The position numbers were made by a program, and so were the translations under genes. The notes under the pieces were generated by a model. That model was not told the origin of the DNA, made no database searches, and was given only the letters and a program-made list of their open reading frames with translations. Source: Basidiobolus meristosporus CBS 931.73 (lineage: Eukaryota; Fungi; Basidiobolomycota). From it: DNA of 64,000 bases. This document shows, piece by piece, positions 1 through 13,412 of this stretch. Location of the stretch: contig MCFE01000138.1 of the NCBI GenBank assembly GCA_002104905.1, positions 93,486 through 157,485 of the forward strand. Reading direction: 5' to 3'. Numbering within the stretch: position 1 is the first letter of the stretch; each line of letters begins with the position of its first letter.

Positions 1-77
1 CTCAATGGTATTTCACTTTTCTACATCCCCTTGTGCAATTCATATATTCCACTGTAGAATCACCTTTCTTTATTTGC

Positions 78-2581
78 TTACCCACTACTACCTTGGGTAT
101 TCCACATATAGTTTGAATCAAAAAAAACTATGGCCTCCTGCTTACTAACCTCTACAAACGCGCACACCTGCCGCAATTGACATACTTCTATCACCTCAAC
201 TTTACTGCTTTTTAGTGTGAAACTTGCAAAGTTGCCATATACCTTGTACTGCTGGTAGCATATACATCTTGCAAACATATGCTTGGTTATTGCCACTTCT
301 GCCCTGAATACCTCCTGAATATTGGCAAAGAACTTCTTGGTATTTAGCCAATATATTCCTCCTCCCTGCTGGATTCTAGTCCCCCTTATAGGTGCGCTCT
401 GGCTTTTGTTTGTGTGAATTCTGTATTGAATGATGTAGAAGTTGGCTTATGACCACAAGAAATCCAGCATATCTTGGTGGAGTTTCCTGATAAAAGTTAG
501 TTGCTTGTTGCACCCAACCTAACTTTGCATTACTTAACTGATTACCCACGCATTGGGGCTGCTTAGCTTCTTAATGCCATAGGCATAGGTGTCTCCATGT
601 GCACATTTGTCCTCAGTGTTTTCCAACTCTTTCTGGCTGCCCTTCATGTGCCAACTCATCACATCCATGATGTACTTGAAGGTAATACTCTTGATGAGAT
701 TGGGATATGGTAGTACCTGCAACTTGACTTGTCTTCCTAGCTCCCTGCACATCTGCTCTATAGGAAACTCCCAAAAGGTGAAGCAAGGCCCAATATTCTC
801 CACACACTGTGCAAGATGGAGTAGAGAATGGATACAGTAGTGGCAGAGATCTACATGTTCAGCTTTATGTTTGTAGTATAGCCACTCAAATCCCATCACA
901 AGCTCCTCACACCACAGCTGTAGATGCGTCAAGTTGGCATTGGTGATCTGCTTCTGGATAAATATTCCTACAATGTCCACATATGACTCCCAATGCTTCC
1001 AATGTACTCTTGGTAGGAATAGCTTCAGATCACCACTTGAATAAATACATATCCAGATCATCCAGTCTTTGCATTTGTATTGTTGCATATGCGTATGAAT
1101 ATTAATTGTAGCCCGTGAGAAGTACTTAGGGTAGCGGATACTCTGTAATATCTTGCCAATTTTTTCAAATTTCTCCGGTATCTCAAAGGGCTCATTTAGC
1201 TTGCAATGCCCCATGTACAACTTGGTCATCAGTATAGGGATATTATTGAAAAGCAAATGCATTGCTCCTAGTGGAAAGCTTTTGCTCCAACAGATACCCT
1301 CTATCTTAAGTATCTCTGGTTTCCAATTGATACCATATTCTGGCCAATGGCTTATAGCTTGCCAACTTTGCTGCAATTGCATGCTTACTTCTGTACGTTC
1401 TCTCTGTGGAAAGATGATGTTCTTAGTGCTGGTGTTTGGGTAATAATAATGTGTGTGAGTTCTGGAGTAAATCCCCTGGATCTCACACATTTGACAGCAA
1501 TACCATCCATTGTGCCTGGAAAAACCTGCTATCTTGCTGATGGCTGGGGTATCTCCAATGCAGATAATAATATGCACTTTTACATGATGGCCATTCACCA
1601 TTATCCTGCTGGAAAGCATACAAAATACATTAAGCAATGGATACAGGTAGCTATCTGGGTTGGATGGTGATTTAGGCCCAGATACCAGTGAGACTACCAT
1701 CAGATTATTGCTCTGATACTGTAAGATGGGTGGCAGATTCAGATTGACAAGAATCAGTGGCCAGTAGGATTTGCTGGATGAGTACTTGCTTAATGAGAAT
1801 CCTTCCAGTGCTAAAGCAAAGGCATGGTCATACATACCTTCAAAGTAGCCCTTGCTTCTTAGCTGTTTGTAATGTTTGCCATTGAATATACTGGATATGT
1901 TTGCGCATGATTGATACTGAGTGTGGTGCTGTATAGCTTTGCAATATTTGTTGGGCTGCATCAGCTTCCTCAGACGGGGTATGACTGGAATATACCCGGA
2001 GTGTGAACAATGTTTTCCCTCAATGGTGGTGGATTCCTGACAATTTGGACATGTTGCAATGGTAGCATTTTTGGATATGAATGCCATGCAACTGTTAACA
2101 CATGCTGGAATTAGGACAGTCTCTGGATCATATGTTGCCAGCAGCATGACGGTTGTCCACTTGTACCATGTACATGGTAAGTTGCATCCTGTTATGATTT
2201 TGGCAAGAAGCAGTAATAATTCTCAAAGCCCCCATTACTGATATTAGTGAAAACGCACTACTTCTCTAGCCACAACATCACATCATTCACCAGTAAATGA
2301 ATTACTGGGCTCACTTGGCTCCATAAAGTATCCTTGGCATTTGTCTCAATGGGTGTTGTCTCATCGCATATAGGGATTTGACCGGGCTCATACATGGTAC
2401 TGTTGTTAGGGGAGATAGGCTCAAAATCCATCAGGGAACCTTCTTTGTCAGAGCTATCACTCTGCATGCCATATTCAGAAGGCTGAGGTGAGCCTAAAGG
2501 TGTCACAAACTCACCTGACTCAGTTTGCACAAGTTGACAAAGATGGCCAGGTGCCAATATAGAAGTATCACTGGCTGGCAA
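78..2581 (-). mobile_element. CACTA/EnSpm (Tnp2, Transposase_21-like) transposase pseudogene; main ORF 534-2147, with N-terminal (2258-2581) and C-terminal (78-296) pieces split off by stops
   Basis: Family motifs WPLILVNLNLPP, GPKSPSNPDSYLYPL, GDTPAISKIAGFSRHNG-CxxC, MHLLFNN, HYCIHSLLHLAQCVENIGP, WEFPIEQMC. LALEGF here versus LDGF in the second copy suggests a mutated catalytic Asp. Confidence 0.85.
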
Positions 2582-2987
2582 GATAATGTTGGTACAGTAG
2601 TGACCAATGAATGGTCAAATATGACTTAGGTGGCAAAACACTGGTGGTGATCATTGTAATACTTCCTATGCTGTCTGCATGCTTCATGGCTGAGAGGCTT
2701 GCCACAATAGCCACATGGTCTTTTTTCTCTTCTCTTACGGCATTGAGTCAAAGTAGTCTTGTCCATGGGGCAAACAGTTGACCTTCAACAACGTAATGCT
2801 ATTATATCAATTTTTGGTCAATACTCATGTGAACTTAAGACAGTCTTGTATTTGAGACACTACACCTTCATGAATGTAAGATTCAATGATGACCCGCCAT
2901 AGTAAGCATTACAAATAAAGTTGTGGCACCGCATACACATGTATATGTTACACTATTTCCCCTTTGGTTTGACTCACTTCCATATAT

Positions 2988-3931
2988 ATGCCGCCAAAAA
3001 ATAAAGCAAAGTCATTTGGTTCTCAACCAAACTGCACCACTGACAGCAACAGAAGAACGGTTGGACAACAGCTTGCTTTGACATTCAGTGCAACAAGTGG
3101 GGCTACATCCAAAACAGGCCCTGCGGACAGTGTGCCCACTGAAGGTATTAATGCGGACTCCGCAGGCTCTCAGTCAAGTAGGCAATTGAGAACCTCTGCA
3201 GAGCCACAAGCTGACTGTTAAGCTCAGGCAGATGAGAATGTAGCAAATGCAGTACCCTCTGTTGAAGATCAGCAAGTGGCCATGATAACATCACCACCAC
3301 CCATATTAGCAAGTATGTTTTCAGCTCATACTAAAGCATTAATGAAGCAATTAGGTGCAGTGGCTGATAGGATAGATGCAATGGCCCAGAAAATCAGGAA
3401 GTAGCTCAGAAACAGGATGAGCGGATAATACATGTAGAGCAATCAATATCCCAGGTAGAGAAAGCAGTATATTTGCTGAAAAGAAGGAGCTCAAGTAGCT
3501 CAATGTCACAGCCAAGAATTGAGCCATTTCCTGATGTAACAGCAGAGGAACACTGTACAGTCTTTGAAGCACAACAACAGTGCCCAAAGATAAAGCCCAC
3601 AGAAAAACCTATCACAGCATGGGAGGGAGATAATGTGGTGCTTATACCAAAGCCTAAAAATCAAAAGACATTGAAGATCTGTGAAGCCGTTGAGTGCAAT
3701 AATGAAGAGCGGGCTAATATACAAGAGGCTGTCAGAAGTCTAGCACACCATCACCTTAAGGCCAGCATACCATGGGACCATCAAGAACTCAAGGCCAAGC
3801 AGAATGCACTTGACTTGTTCCATGAGCATTATCCTGGATTCAAACGGGCAAACAGATTTTGGGCCAGCATTGGTATCCTAAGAAAGTATCTTAAGAATAG
3901 CAGAAACTATCAAAGGCAGAAGAACAACTGA
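2988..3931 (+). pseudogene. Accessory ORF divergent from the CACTA transposase, broken by stops/frameshifts (intact tail 3473-3931)
   Basis: Low-complexity S/T-rich N-terminus and C-terminal FWASIGILRKYLKNSRNY helix. The 5' part is co-duplicated with the transposase in the inverted copy, so it belongs to the element. Confidence 0.5.
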
Positions 3932-4680
3932 CAGACAAGGCTACAATGTCAACAGCTCAAAAGACTATCACAATGCCTTCAGTGGAGTTTTGGAACATTA
4001 ATAGGCACACCAAGAGGTTGCAGCACTTCTTTAAGAGCAGTGCTCAAGAAAACGCACTGGAATATTGCAAGGATTTATTGCAAAGACTGGCAGATGAGGA
4101 GCTAGACCTTGCAGTACCAGCTGAAGACCAGGACATGTGGGAACCAGTGAATGAACAGTGGCATAAAGCTGTTGGGTTCCCACCAAAGTTGTGAAACCAG
4201 AGCGTTACAGCAGAAATACTTATTGAGTGGTGGATTTTAATGGAGTTACTTGTTGAGTGTGGGGTTGGACTTAATGTTAGTGTAGGGAATAGAGACTTGT
4301 ATAGGTCAATACAGTTGGCAATTGAAGTACAACTGAAGTTTCAACGGAAATAAATCAATTTGTAAGCATGAAAAGTAAGAAAAGCGGCTGAGTCAGGAAG
4401 TAAGGAGTGTGAAAAAGAGGCAATAGCCAATCAATTCACACAAACATAGGAGGCAATAGAGTGTCCGGGTCAGAAAGTGAGCAAATTGGCAGGGAACCAA
4501 TCAAAAGCCACTTACACATTGTTGTGATGAAAAATTTTGACAAAGTTTTTGTGAAATCTGGGGTGCAATTATTTTCAATTGTCTCTGGACGGAGTCCTGA
4601 CAAGATCAGTACCTCTCAGTCATGGGACATTAACTTTGTGATGGCCTTTTGATGGGATCATCTCAATAATTTTTCATAGG

Positions 4681-6272
4681 GACCTAATTGCCTCATTAAG
4701 GCTTTGATATGAGCTGACAACATACTTGCTAATACAGGTGGTGGTGATGTTGTAACAGCCATTTGCTGGTCTTCAACTAAAGATACTGCATTTGATACAT
4801 TCTCATTTACCTGAGCATTATGGTCAGCTTGCGGCTCTGTAGAGATTCTAAATTGCATACTTGACTGAGAGGCTGAGGAGTCCACATTATAGCCTTCAGT
4901 GGGCACACCATCAATATGGCCTTTTTTGGATATGGCCCTACTTGTTGCACTGTATGTCAAAGTAAGCTGTTGTCTGACTGTTCTACCGCAGTGGTCAGCA
5001 GTTGGGTATGGTTAGGAACAAGATGACTTTGCTTTATCTCATGGCAGCATATCTATGGAAGTGAGTCAAACCAAAGGGGAATAATTTTACATATATGTAT
5101 GTATGTGGTTCCACAACTTTATTTACAATGCTCACTATGGTGGGTCATCATTGAATCTTACATTTACGTAGATGTAATGTCTCAAATACAAGACTCTCTT
5201 AGACTCACACAAGTATTGACAAAAAAATGATATAATAGCATTATGTTGTTGAGTATCAAACTGTTTGCCCCATGGACAAGACTACCTTTATTCAACACCA
5301 TAAAAGAAGAGAAAAAGGACCATGTGGCTATTGAAGCAAGTCTCTCAGCCATGAAGCACTCAGATGGCATAGGAAGTATTACAAGGATCACAGCCAGTGT
5401 TTTGCCACACAAGTCATATTTGAGCATTCATTAGTCACTACTTTACCAATAATATCTTGACAGCCACTTGATACTTCTATAACCGCATCCAGCAGTACTT
5501 GTCTCCTTGTGCTAACTGAGTCTGGTGAGTTTGTGACACCTTTAGGCACACCTGGGCCTTCTGAATATGGCATGCAGAGTGATAATGCTGAAGAAGAAGA
5601 ATCATTGATGGTTTGTGAGCCTATCTCCCCTTACAACTGTACTCCACATGAGCCTGGCAAAATCCCAATATGAGATGAGACAACACCGGTGGAAAAAACT
5701 GCCAAGGATATCTTATGGAGCCAAGTGAGCACAATAATTCATGTACTTGTTAATGATGAGATGTTGTGGCTAGAGAAGTGGCATATCACCACTAATATCA
5801 GCAATGGGGGCTTTGAGGATTTACTACTACTTCTTGCAAAAAGCATTCTGGGATGCAACTTACCAGGTACATGGTACAAGTGCACAACCATCATGCAGCT
5901 GGCAACATACAACCCAGAGACTGTCCAGATACTAGCATGTGCTAATAGTTGCATGGCATTCACATCAAAAATGCCACCATTGCAAGGTGTCCAACTTGTC
6001 AGGAATCCATCATCATTGGGGGAAAACTGTATTCACACTCCAGATGTACTCCAGTAATACCCCATTTAAAGAAGCTTATGCAGTCCAACAAACATTGTGA
6101 AGGTATTGAGTACCACACTTGATACCAATCAAGCACATACATTTTCAATGTAGATAATGACAAACATTACAAACAACTAAGAAGTAAGGGCTACTTCTAA
6201 GGTATGTGTGACCATGCCTTTGCCTTGACACTGGATGGGTTTCCATTGAACAAGTACTCTACCAGCAAATTC
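4681..6272 (+). mobile_element. Second, truncated and frameshifted CACTA copy, inverted relative to 1768-3356
   Basis: Reverse complement aligns by eye with 1768-3356. ORF 5689-6057 (LWSQVS..MLWLEKW..QLATYNPETV..ACANSCMAF) matches the N-terminus of copy 1. Confidence 0.85.
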
Positions 6273-6759
6273 AGCCAGCCAATGCATATGGTACCAATGG
6301 TATGCTGAATCTGGGAGCTTAGCAAGCATCAGGCTGGAGTACAAGTTTGTGAGTGTAACATAAGTGCGCTAGTTGTGGCAGGTATAAGCATAGGTTCAGG
6401 TAAATCAAGAAGAAGCAATAGTTCAGTTATATTTTAACCATGTTTGGATTATCAATGGTATAAATGGGTAAATAAAGGGGAAATGCTCATATTTCTAATA
6501 TATTATCAGTACAGTGGGTACCTAATGGAACAAAACAATTTGGGCCATTTTATGGAGTTGGTAGCATATAGTGACCATTAGATAGCAAACTAAAATAATA
6601 TTAAGACCATAACAAGGCTGTGATAAGGCTATGGAAGCACTGCTGATGTACCTTTAAGTTTTTCTCCAACAAAAGGATTTCGGATGGTGAAGACTGTTGA
6701 AAGTGCTGTAAGATTTGTAGTTACACCTAGTTATTCACCTAACCTAGTCACTTAGATCA

Positions 6760-7050
6760 TTACCCACAAGTCTTGAAGAACACTGACCAAATTTCTTGCA
6801 AGTATTTGCTTTGAATATTTTCACCAAAACATCAGGTACCCAGAACATGAAATTCTGATGAGTAGTCCAAGCAGCCCCAAGCTTAGCCTATGTGCTCTGG
6901 AGACCTTCCTAAGCATATTCTGTATGCTTGTCTTGCCTATAACTTGTAAAAGTATAAATACTACTTTGACATTCAATAAATCACCAAGTGAATATCACAC
7001 AGTCTACTTATTCACCTGATCACTTCCAATATCTCCCAACTCTCACAGCT
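6760..7050. mobile_element. Remnant of a dispersed, decayed TE-like repeat
   Basis: Similar to about 22010-22250, 38370-38580 and 50410-50680 (CATGAAATxTCTGAxAGT..CCCAAGCTT); CpG-poor. Confidence 0.45.
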
Positions 7051-7446
7051 AAGAGTACCCAGACTCTATGGTAAGGCTGTATTCAGACTACTGAGTAACC
7101 ATTGGAGCATCATTAACTTCTCATCAGAAATGGATTCCTTTGCAGTATAGATTAGAAAAATACCAGGAATCTGTGATGAGACTGCTTAGATACTTACAAG
7201 AAGCTGCCAAGACTTCATGAGGAAAAAAGCTTGCAATTAGCATTATAAGGCTGTCAAGACATCAAGATGAGTTGGCTGAAATCTAAGCTAGCCGGATTTG
7301 TATGGAGATAGTGCAAAATCTTCACCAAGTGATTCAGATCCAATCCATCTGAATTCCAAGATTCTTTTATAGGGAACTTGACTTAGTTGTACCTTAGCAA
7401 GTGTCCCCATTAGCTCTCCACAATACACATATGCATATTCTTTAGC

Positions 7447-7818
7447 ATGGCTGTTACAGAATCTCTTCAGTGCTTCGTTATCATATGCTTTAATACAAAA
7501 TTCAGCAATGCCAACAATGAACCATTAAAATCATGTGCACCAACATACTATGAACTAAAGTCCCCAGACGCCTATCGATTGCCAGACAACGCTCACACAA
7601 ATTCTGCGCAGAACACTGAGACACTTTCCAACCAGAATCAGTACGACCAGGTGCAGCAAGTGGATCAAACATTGTACCAACCAACTGCGCCGACATTTGT
7701 GCAATCGTTTACTCCCGACGAGGATGACACTCATGACTCGAGTGACGACGACGATCAACCATCGTGTAAACGTTGTCAACGACGCTACTGTAGACGTGGA
7801 TACAGAGGCGGCTATTGA
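7447..7818 (+). pseudogene. Family A secreted Gln/acidic protein, copy A1, signal peptide lost (homology starts near 7508)
   Basis: Core LSNQNQYDQVQQVDQTLYQP, acidic DEDD tract and C-terminal CKRCQRRYCRRGYRGGY; N-terminus is unrelated to intact A4. Confidence 0.7.
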
Positions 7819-8566
7819 TATGAATAAGTTTAATAAATAAGATAATGTAATATATAACCGACATCACTCCAGTTTCTGACAATTGACACTAGGAAAAGTC
7901 ACAAAAGAGACATGACCACAGGGATGGGTGGAACAATGGCGAGTATGAACAGATGTTGAAGTAAGGGAAAGAGCCGATCAAGCGCCAATTTGCACAATTA
8001 CAATAGGGATGCATATTAGTTATGTGCTGGTAATGGTAGTGAGCAATAGTTGGGCTTTGGTATTTTCTCACTCTGCTGATACCAATAAGTATGAGTCAAA
8101 AGTTCCAGATTATTGGACTTGACACGCACCGAATTCTCCTTACATTATGATGGATTCTACCCTCTATAATAGCTGATTCTAGCTTGGAATGGCGATACAC
8201 TCAAGGAGACCCAATTTCCATATTGACTAAACCCATAGAAAACTTATTGAATAAGCTACCCATTACCTTCCAGCAGTACTTCAAGACGTTTCTCACCCCT
8301 CTCCTGGATTAGTCGATGGACTTTGGGTCATCAGAGGGAAGTGCGGAAATTGGCATGGTGATGAGTTTGTCAAATACCCTTGTTTTCATGATGGTAACGA
8401 CTATATTTCTGTTATCACGTAAAAGGCGAAAAACAAAATGAATAATGGGACTTTATTGGATTTGGGCTCAAGTGCAGTCGGTGTGTCATTGAGTGTCTTC
8501 CATGGGCTCAGTATACTGTGAGTCCTGATCAGCACAGTCATCGCCACATTGAACATCTTCCATGGG

Positions 8567-9064
8567 CTATGTGTACTGTGTATCTTGGTCAGAGCATCCT
8601 TCAACGCATTGGGTGTCTACTACTGGTGTGGAGTATGTCTCATCTTGTGCAGGCTGAACCATAACAATGGGGTAACCAGAGCCATCTTCGGAGTGTTCAG
8701 CACCCTTCTGTTTGGCGTACTCGGATGCGCTGGCTGAGCCTTCTACTTCGAGACTAGGGCCTGCTTGAAACTGAACATCGAGAATCTTGTCACTGTTGGC
8801 GTTGGCAGTGTTCAGATTGTCATGCTTTCTGGTCACGGTGGTGAACACCTGACGCAACAATGGCACTTGGACGTTTAGCGTTTCAACAGAGGGCTGAGCC
8901 TGGGCTTGCTGGTAGCAGTTGCTTGCTTGGTCCGAGCATGAATACCTGCGATAACGGACTCTTCTATGCTCACGGTTGCATGATTCGGAGCATGGGACTG
9001 GAGCAGAAATGGTGGCTTGAAGTGAAGCAAGGCCCAAGATCAATGATACAATAAATGTACGCAT
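8567..9064 (-). CDS. Family B secreted protein B1 (165 aa), C-terminally shortened by GAG>TAG; homology continues to about 8484
   Basis: Signal peptide MRTFIVSLILGLASLQATISA; CxxxC..RRVRYRRYSC; core LLRQVFTTVTRKHDNLNTANAN; the paralog B2 reads through the stop position as Glu. Confidence 0.8.
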   Translation of the reverse strand: MRTFIVSLILGLASLQATISAPVPCSESCNREHRRVRYRRYSCSDQASNCYQQAQAQPSVETLNVQVPLLRQVFTTVTRKHDNLNTANANSDKILDVQFQAGPSLEVEGSASASEYAKQKGAEHSEDGSGYPIVMVQPAQDETYSTPVVDTQCVEGCSDQDTQYT

Positions 9065-9384
9065 CTTTGAGAACTACTGAGTTCATTGCTGAATTCACTC
9101 TGGAATATATAGCATGGGAACCATCATAACACGGTTACTACATTGATGGTAGCAATAGTTAGTTAACTTTGATCAGATCTTAAATTAGCATTCCCTCTAC
9201 CATCATCGACTCAATCGCATTGATATCGCGTGGTTTCCATGATTACAGTACGATAAATACACCAATATATACACATATGCTTTTGATAATATTTCACCTG
9301 TAGTAGGGTAATTCACGAATCACGGCTGATGATGTTTCATATTAATATAGGGTGACCAAATGAAATGTTTATTTAATCAATGTA

Positions 9385-9927
9385 TCAATTCCCACTGAAA
9401 TATCTGATCTTGAAGTACTTATGTGCCGACCTCTTGTACTTCTTCTGGCCTCCGCCATAGCTATGGGCGGCTGGCTGGGTGATGATGATCCGGGGCTGTT
9501 GCTGCTTAGGCTGATAGAGGGTCTGGTCGATAACCTGCGCTTGGTCAAACTGATTGGAGTTTGACAGAGCATCAGCATCACTGGATGAGTGAGCGTTCAC
9601 TCTGTCCAACAATGCCTTTCTTGGCTGCATGTCGGCTATATTGAAGTTAGGCATGTTGTAGGATGACTCTGGCTGAGTTGAAGTGTCATCCATTGAGTCT
9701 TCACCTTCGCCTTCATCTTCACCCCCATTCTCACCCATATAGTCATCACCCTCGTCCTGTTCCGGCTGATAGTCATCTGCAGGCGATTGAGTTTCTTGGT
9801 AGCAAGGACTTACTTGCTCCCCGCACAAACTGTCACCATAGCTAACCTGAGAAGAGGTATCTTCTGTGGCAGGGAATGCATGGATAGAAGCAAGGTACAC
9901 TGCGAGTAAAGTCAGAGTAAGCTGCAT
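9385..9927 (-). CDS. Family C secreted acidic/Gln-rich protein C1 (180 aa)
   Basis: ATG start, signal peptide MQLTLTLLAVYLASIHA, CxxxxxxC, acidic tract, ALSNSNQFDQAQVIDQTLYQP, basic/aromatic tail KKYKRSAHKYFKIRYFSGN; four further paralogs in the window. Confidence 0.85.
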   Translation of the reverse strand: MQLTLTLLAVYLASIHAFPATEDTSSQVSYGDSLCGEQVSPCYQETQSPADDYQPEQDEGDDYMGENGGEDEGEGEDSMDDTSTQPESSYNMPNFNIADMQPRKALLDRVNAHSSSDADALSNSNQFDQAQVIDQTLYQPKQQQPRIIITQPAAHSYGGGQKKYKRSAHKYFKIRYFSGN

Positions 9928-10563
9928 TTTGATGAATAGCGTAAAACCAGTCGTAAGCTCACTTTATAGTGGTAGTTGGCATAGTCTACTATACTACACC
10001 CTATATCTGACTCACTTGAGGCCATGAATTCACATGCTATGTCCTGCTTCTGTTGCCCATCAACTAACGACTTGTGAAGATATGAGCTCACAAAGATAGA
10101 CAAAGGTAGTCCCTTAATCAACCAATGGTGTTTATTTTGTTCTATTACAATATAGTGTTTCTCCAGTTGTAGGACGTTCATCCTTGGCCCTATTAGTCGG
10201 TGATCATTGATTCAAACAACCATTTAGATATTGGCATGGTTTAGTTATTAGCAATCAAGTTAGATTAGCTTTAAGAACAAATGGTATGGATAATCGAGAT
10301 TTATTGAATTAAGTGCGGTTGTCGGTACATTGAGTGTCTTCCATAACGTCAGCATATGCCAGCAAAGTGATGGCGACTTGAGGTGGTTGATGCAATGCAT
10401 GATGCTAAATCGTAAATCTAGCTCAGTATACTACCAAATGATGACTGGTAAAATATCAATTCATTCATAATCCCAAAACACTCACTAAGATTGCTACAGG
10501 TTACTATATAACAAGAGTAGCTTAGCGCCCTTCGACAATGAAATCAAGAACTACATAAGAACG

Positions 10564-10608
10564 AAGCCATTCCTGTGTGCTCACCTCAAGCCATTCCTGT
10601 GTGCTCAC
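10564..10608. repeat. 24-bp tandem duplication of a conserved non-coding motif (AAGCCATTCCTGTGTGCTCACCTC)
   Basis: Two adjacent copies; the motif also occurs near 14471, 34645 and 51698. Confidence 0.85.
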
Positions 10609-10865
10609 ATTTTGGTTTGTCCCTTCACTACCGCATATGTCATTCCAAAGTGGTATAGCAAGCCCAGAATTGAAGAGGAATGTACTGAAGTGATTGGTCG
10701 CCTGGATTACGGTTTCAATCAACCCCTATTCACTGATGATTAACTTTACTCACCTTTGCTTCATAATTTAGTAAACTGGGTTTGGTAGCTGATGATCGTT
10801 GATGAATCTAGCAAACCATACATAAAAGCAGCTGCTTGCCTTCCAGTGTGTCATCAAAAGCCAAT

Positions 10866-11272
10866 ATGCAGCGCACTTTCCGCATTCTATCCGCCTTTGT
10901 ATTCCTATTCGGTGTATCTTATGCATCGCCCATTGCAACGTATGACAACTAGCAAATAGACCAATGGACTTTGGTGGCAATGCCGACAATGGACCATTAG
11001 TGTCATATGCACCAACATACTGTCAACTAGAGTACCCAAACGCCTATCCATTGTTGGACAACGCTCAGACGAATTCCGCACAGAACGCTCAGGCACTTTC
11101 CAACCAGAATCAATATGAGCAAGTGCAGCAAGTAGATCAGACATTGTACCAACCATCTGCATCGACATATGTGCAATCATTTACTCCCGATGAGGATGAC
11201 ACTCAAGACTCGAGTGACGACGACGATCAGCCATCGTGTGAACGTAGACGTAGATACAGAGGCGGCTTTTGA
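10866..11272 (+). pseudogene. Family A copy A2, with a premature TAG (10950-10952) and a frameshift after the signal peptide
   Basis: MQRTFRILSAFVFLFGVSYASPIATYDN* followed by a shifted ORF 10964-11272 matching A4. Confidence 0.8.
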
Positions 11273-11299
11273 CTCAATCGGATCATGTAAACACTAGTT

Positions 11300-11377
11300 T
11301 GGCATTCATAATAAATCCTATCGTATATGGCATTCATAATAAATCCTATCGTATATGGCATTCATAATAAATCCTAT
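11300..11377. repeat. About 2.8 x 28-bp tandem repeat (TGGCATTCATAATAAATCCTATCGTATA) in the 3' UTR of A2, containing AATAAA
   Basis: Read directly; a single copy lies at about 15238 after A4. Confidence 0.9.
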
Positions 11378-11780
11378 AAAATAATCGCTACTTCTGTAAA
11401 CTATCCAACACACACATTTCTTCTGCAAACAAGATTACACCAACTGACATCAGAGGAGACGTGACCACAGGGATGTGTGGAATGAGCATCACGAACATTT
11501 TGGTTTTGTTCTCACCAATTTGCGAACAATAATGATTAAACTACTAAAATGGAAGTGACAAGCAATCTACATAAATGAATGATGGTATAGGTAATGAAGT
11601 GCGTAGATCGATGATACATCGGTTTAATTGGCTGTGAATTGTTTATATACATATTTTTGTGGTTTGATGATTGGCCACATAGAATAGCTATCAACTTACT
11701 CAGCTGGGCTTCGGTTGCTGATGATTGCAGATAAACACAAAAGCAACTTTTTGCATCCCAGTGTGTAACTAAGTGCCAAT

Positions 11781-12167
11781 ATGCAACGTAATTTCCGCAT
11801 TTTATCCACGCATTTTATCCACCTTGGTACTCCTATTCGGAGTATCCTATGCATCGCCTATTGCTACATATGGCAACCAATAGGTAGACCTGGGTGTCCA
11901 AGTGGACTATGAGACTGAACCATCGATGCCATATGCGCCGACAGGTTACCAGCTGGAGTCCCCGATCACCTATCCCTTGTTGGACAATGTTGAAACTAAT
12001 TTCGTACAGAATGCTCGGGCACTTTCCAACCATCTACGTCGACATATGTGCAATCATTTACCCCAGACGAGGATGAAAACCAAGACTTGGGTAACCACGA
12101 TGATCAGCCATCGTGTAGACGTTGTCAACGACGCCACCGTAGACGTAGATACAGAGACAGCTATTGA
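11781..12167 (+). pseudogene. Family A copy A3 (internal duplication in the signal sequence, TAG at 11881, 49-bp deletion)
   Basis: Aligns to A2/A4; CATTTTATCCA is duplicated; the deletion lies between two CCAACCA repeats. Confidence 0.8.
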
Positions 12168-12833
12168 TGAAAACAGGTTGTTGGTATTTCTACATTTTAT
12201 AACTGTTGTGATACCAGCATAATAAATGGGGTAATGTATCATATAATCGATGTCACACCAGTTTCCCTATTCATGTAGACTATCAAGTACACACAATTAT
12301 CGTGCAAATAAGCTTTCAAATATGAACACTGAAAAAAATGTTACATAAGAGATGTGCCTACAGGGATGGGTGGAATAACGGCGAGTATCAACAGAGGTTG
12401 AAGTAAGGGAAAGTGCCGATCAAGCGCTAGTTTGCATAATTATAACACGAATCGCTCGTCTGTGGTGCATATAATATGTGCTCTCAGGATACCATGTTTT
12501 CTGGTAATGGTAGTGAGTAGTAGTTGGAATTCTTGAGATAGCGATACACTCTAGGATGCCCGATCTCCATATTGACTAAGCCCTCGTTGAGCTTATTAAA
12601 TAAGCCACTCACTACCTTCAAGCAGTACTTCAAGACGTTTCTTACCCTTCTCCTGAATTGGTGACTGGACTTCGGATCATCAGAGCGAAGTGTGGAAATA
12701 GGCTTGGTTTTAAGTTTGTCAAACGCTCTTTGCTCCCATGCTGTTAATGGCTATATTTCTGCTCACATATGAGGCGAAAAATAAAATGAATAATGGAACT
12801 TTATTGGATTTGGGCTCAAGTGCAGTCGTTGGT

Positions 12834-13412
12834 TCATTGAGTGTCTTCCATGGGCTCAGTATACTGTGAGTCCTGATTAGCACAGTCATCACCACATTGA
12901 GCATCTTTCATGGGCTCAGTGTACTGTGTATCTTGGTCAAAGCATCCTTCGATGCATTGGTTGTCCACTACTGGTGTGGAGTATGTCTCATCTTGTGCAG
13001 GCTGAACCATAACAATGGGGTAACCAGAGCCATCTTCGGAGTGTTCAGCACCCTTCTGTTTGGCATACTCGGATGCGCTGGCTGAGCCTTCTACTTCGAG
13101 GCTAGGGCCTGCTTGAAACTGAGCATTGAGACTCTTGTCATTGTTGGCGTTGGCAGTGTTCAGATTGTCATGCTTTCTGGTCACGGTGGTGAACACCTGA
13201 CGCAACAATGGCACTTGGACGTTTGGCGTTTCAACAGTGGGCTGAACCTGGACTTACGGGTAGCAGTTGCTTGCTTGGTTGGAGCATGAATACCTGCGAT
13301 AACGGACTCTTCTATGCTCACGGTTGCATGATTCGGAGCATGGGACTGGGGCAGCAATGATGGCTTGAAGAGAGGCAAGGCCCAAGATCAATGATACAAT
13401 GAATGAACGCAT
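12834..13412 (-). pseudogene. Family B copy B2, nonsense CAA>TAA at 13254-13256
   Basis: ATG at 13412 (MRSFIVSLILGLASLQAIIAAPVPCSESC); otherwise collinear with B1. Confidence 0.8.
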
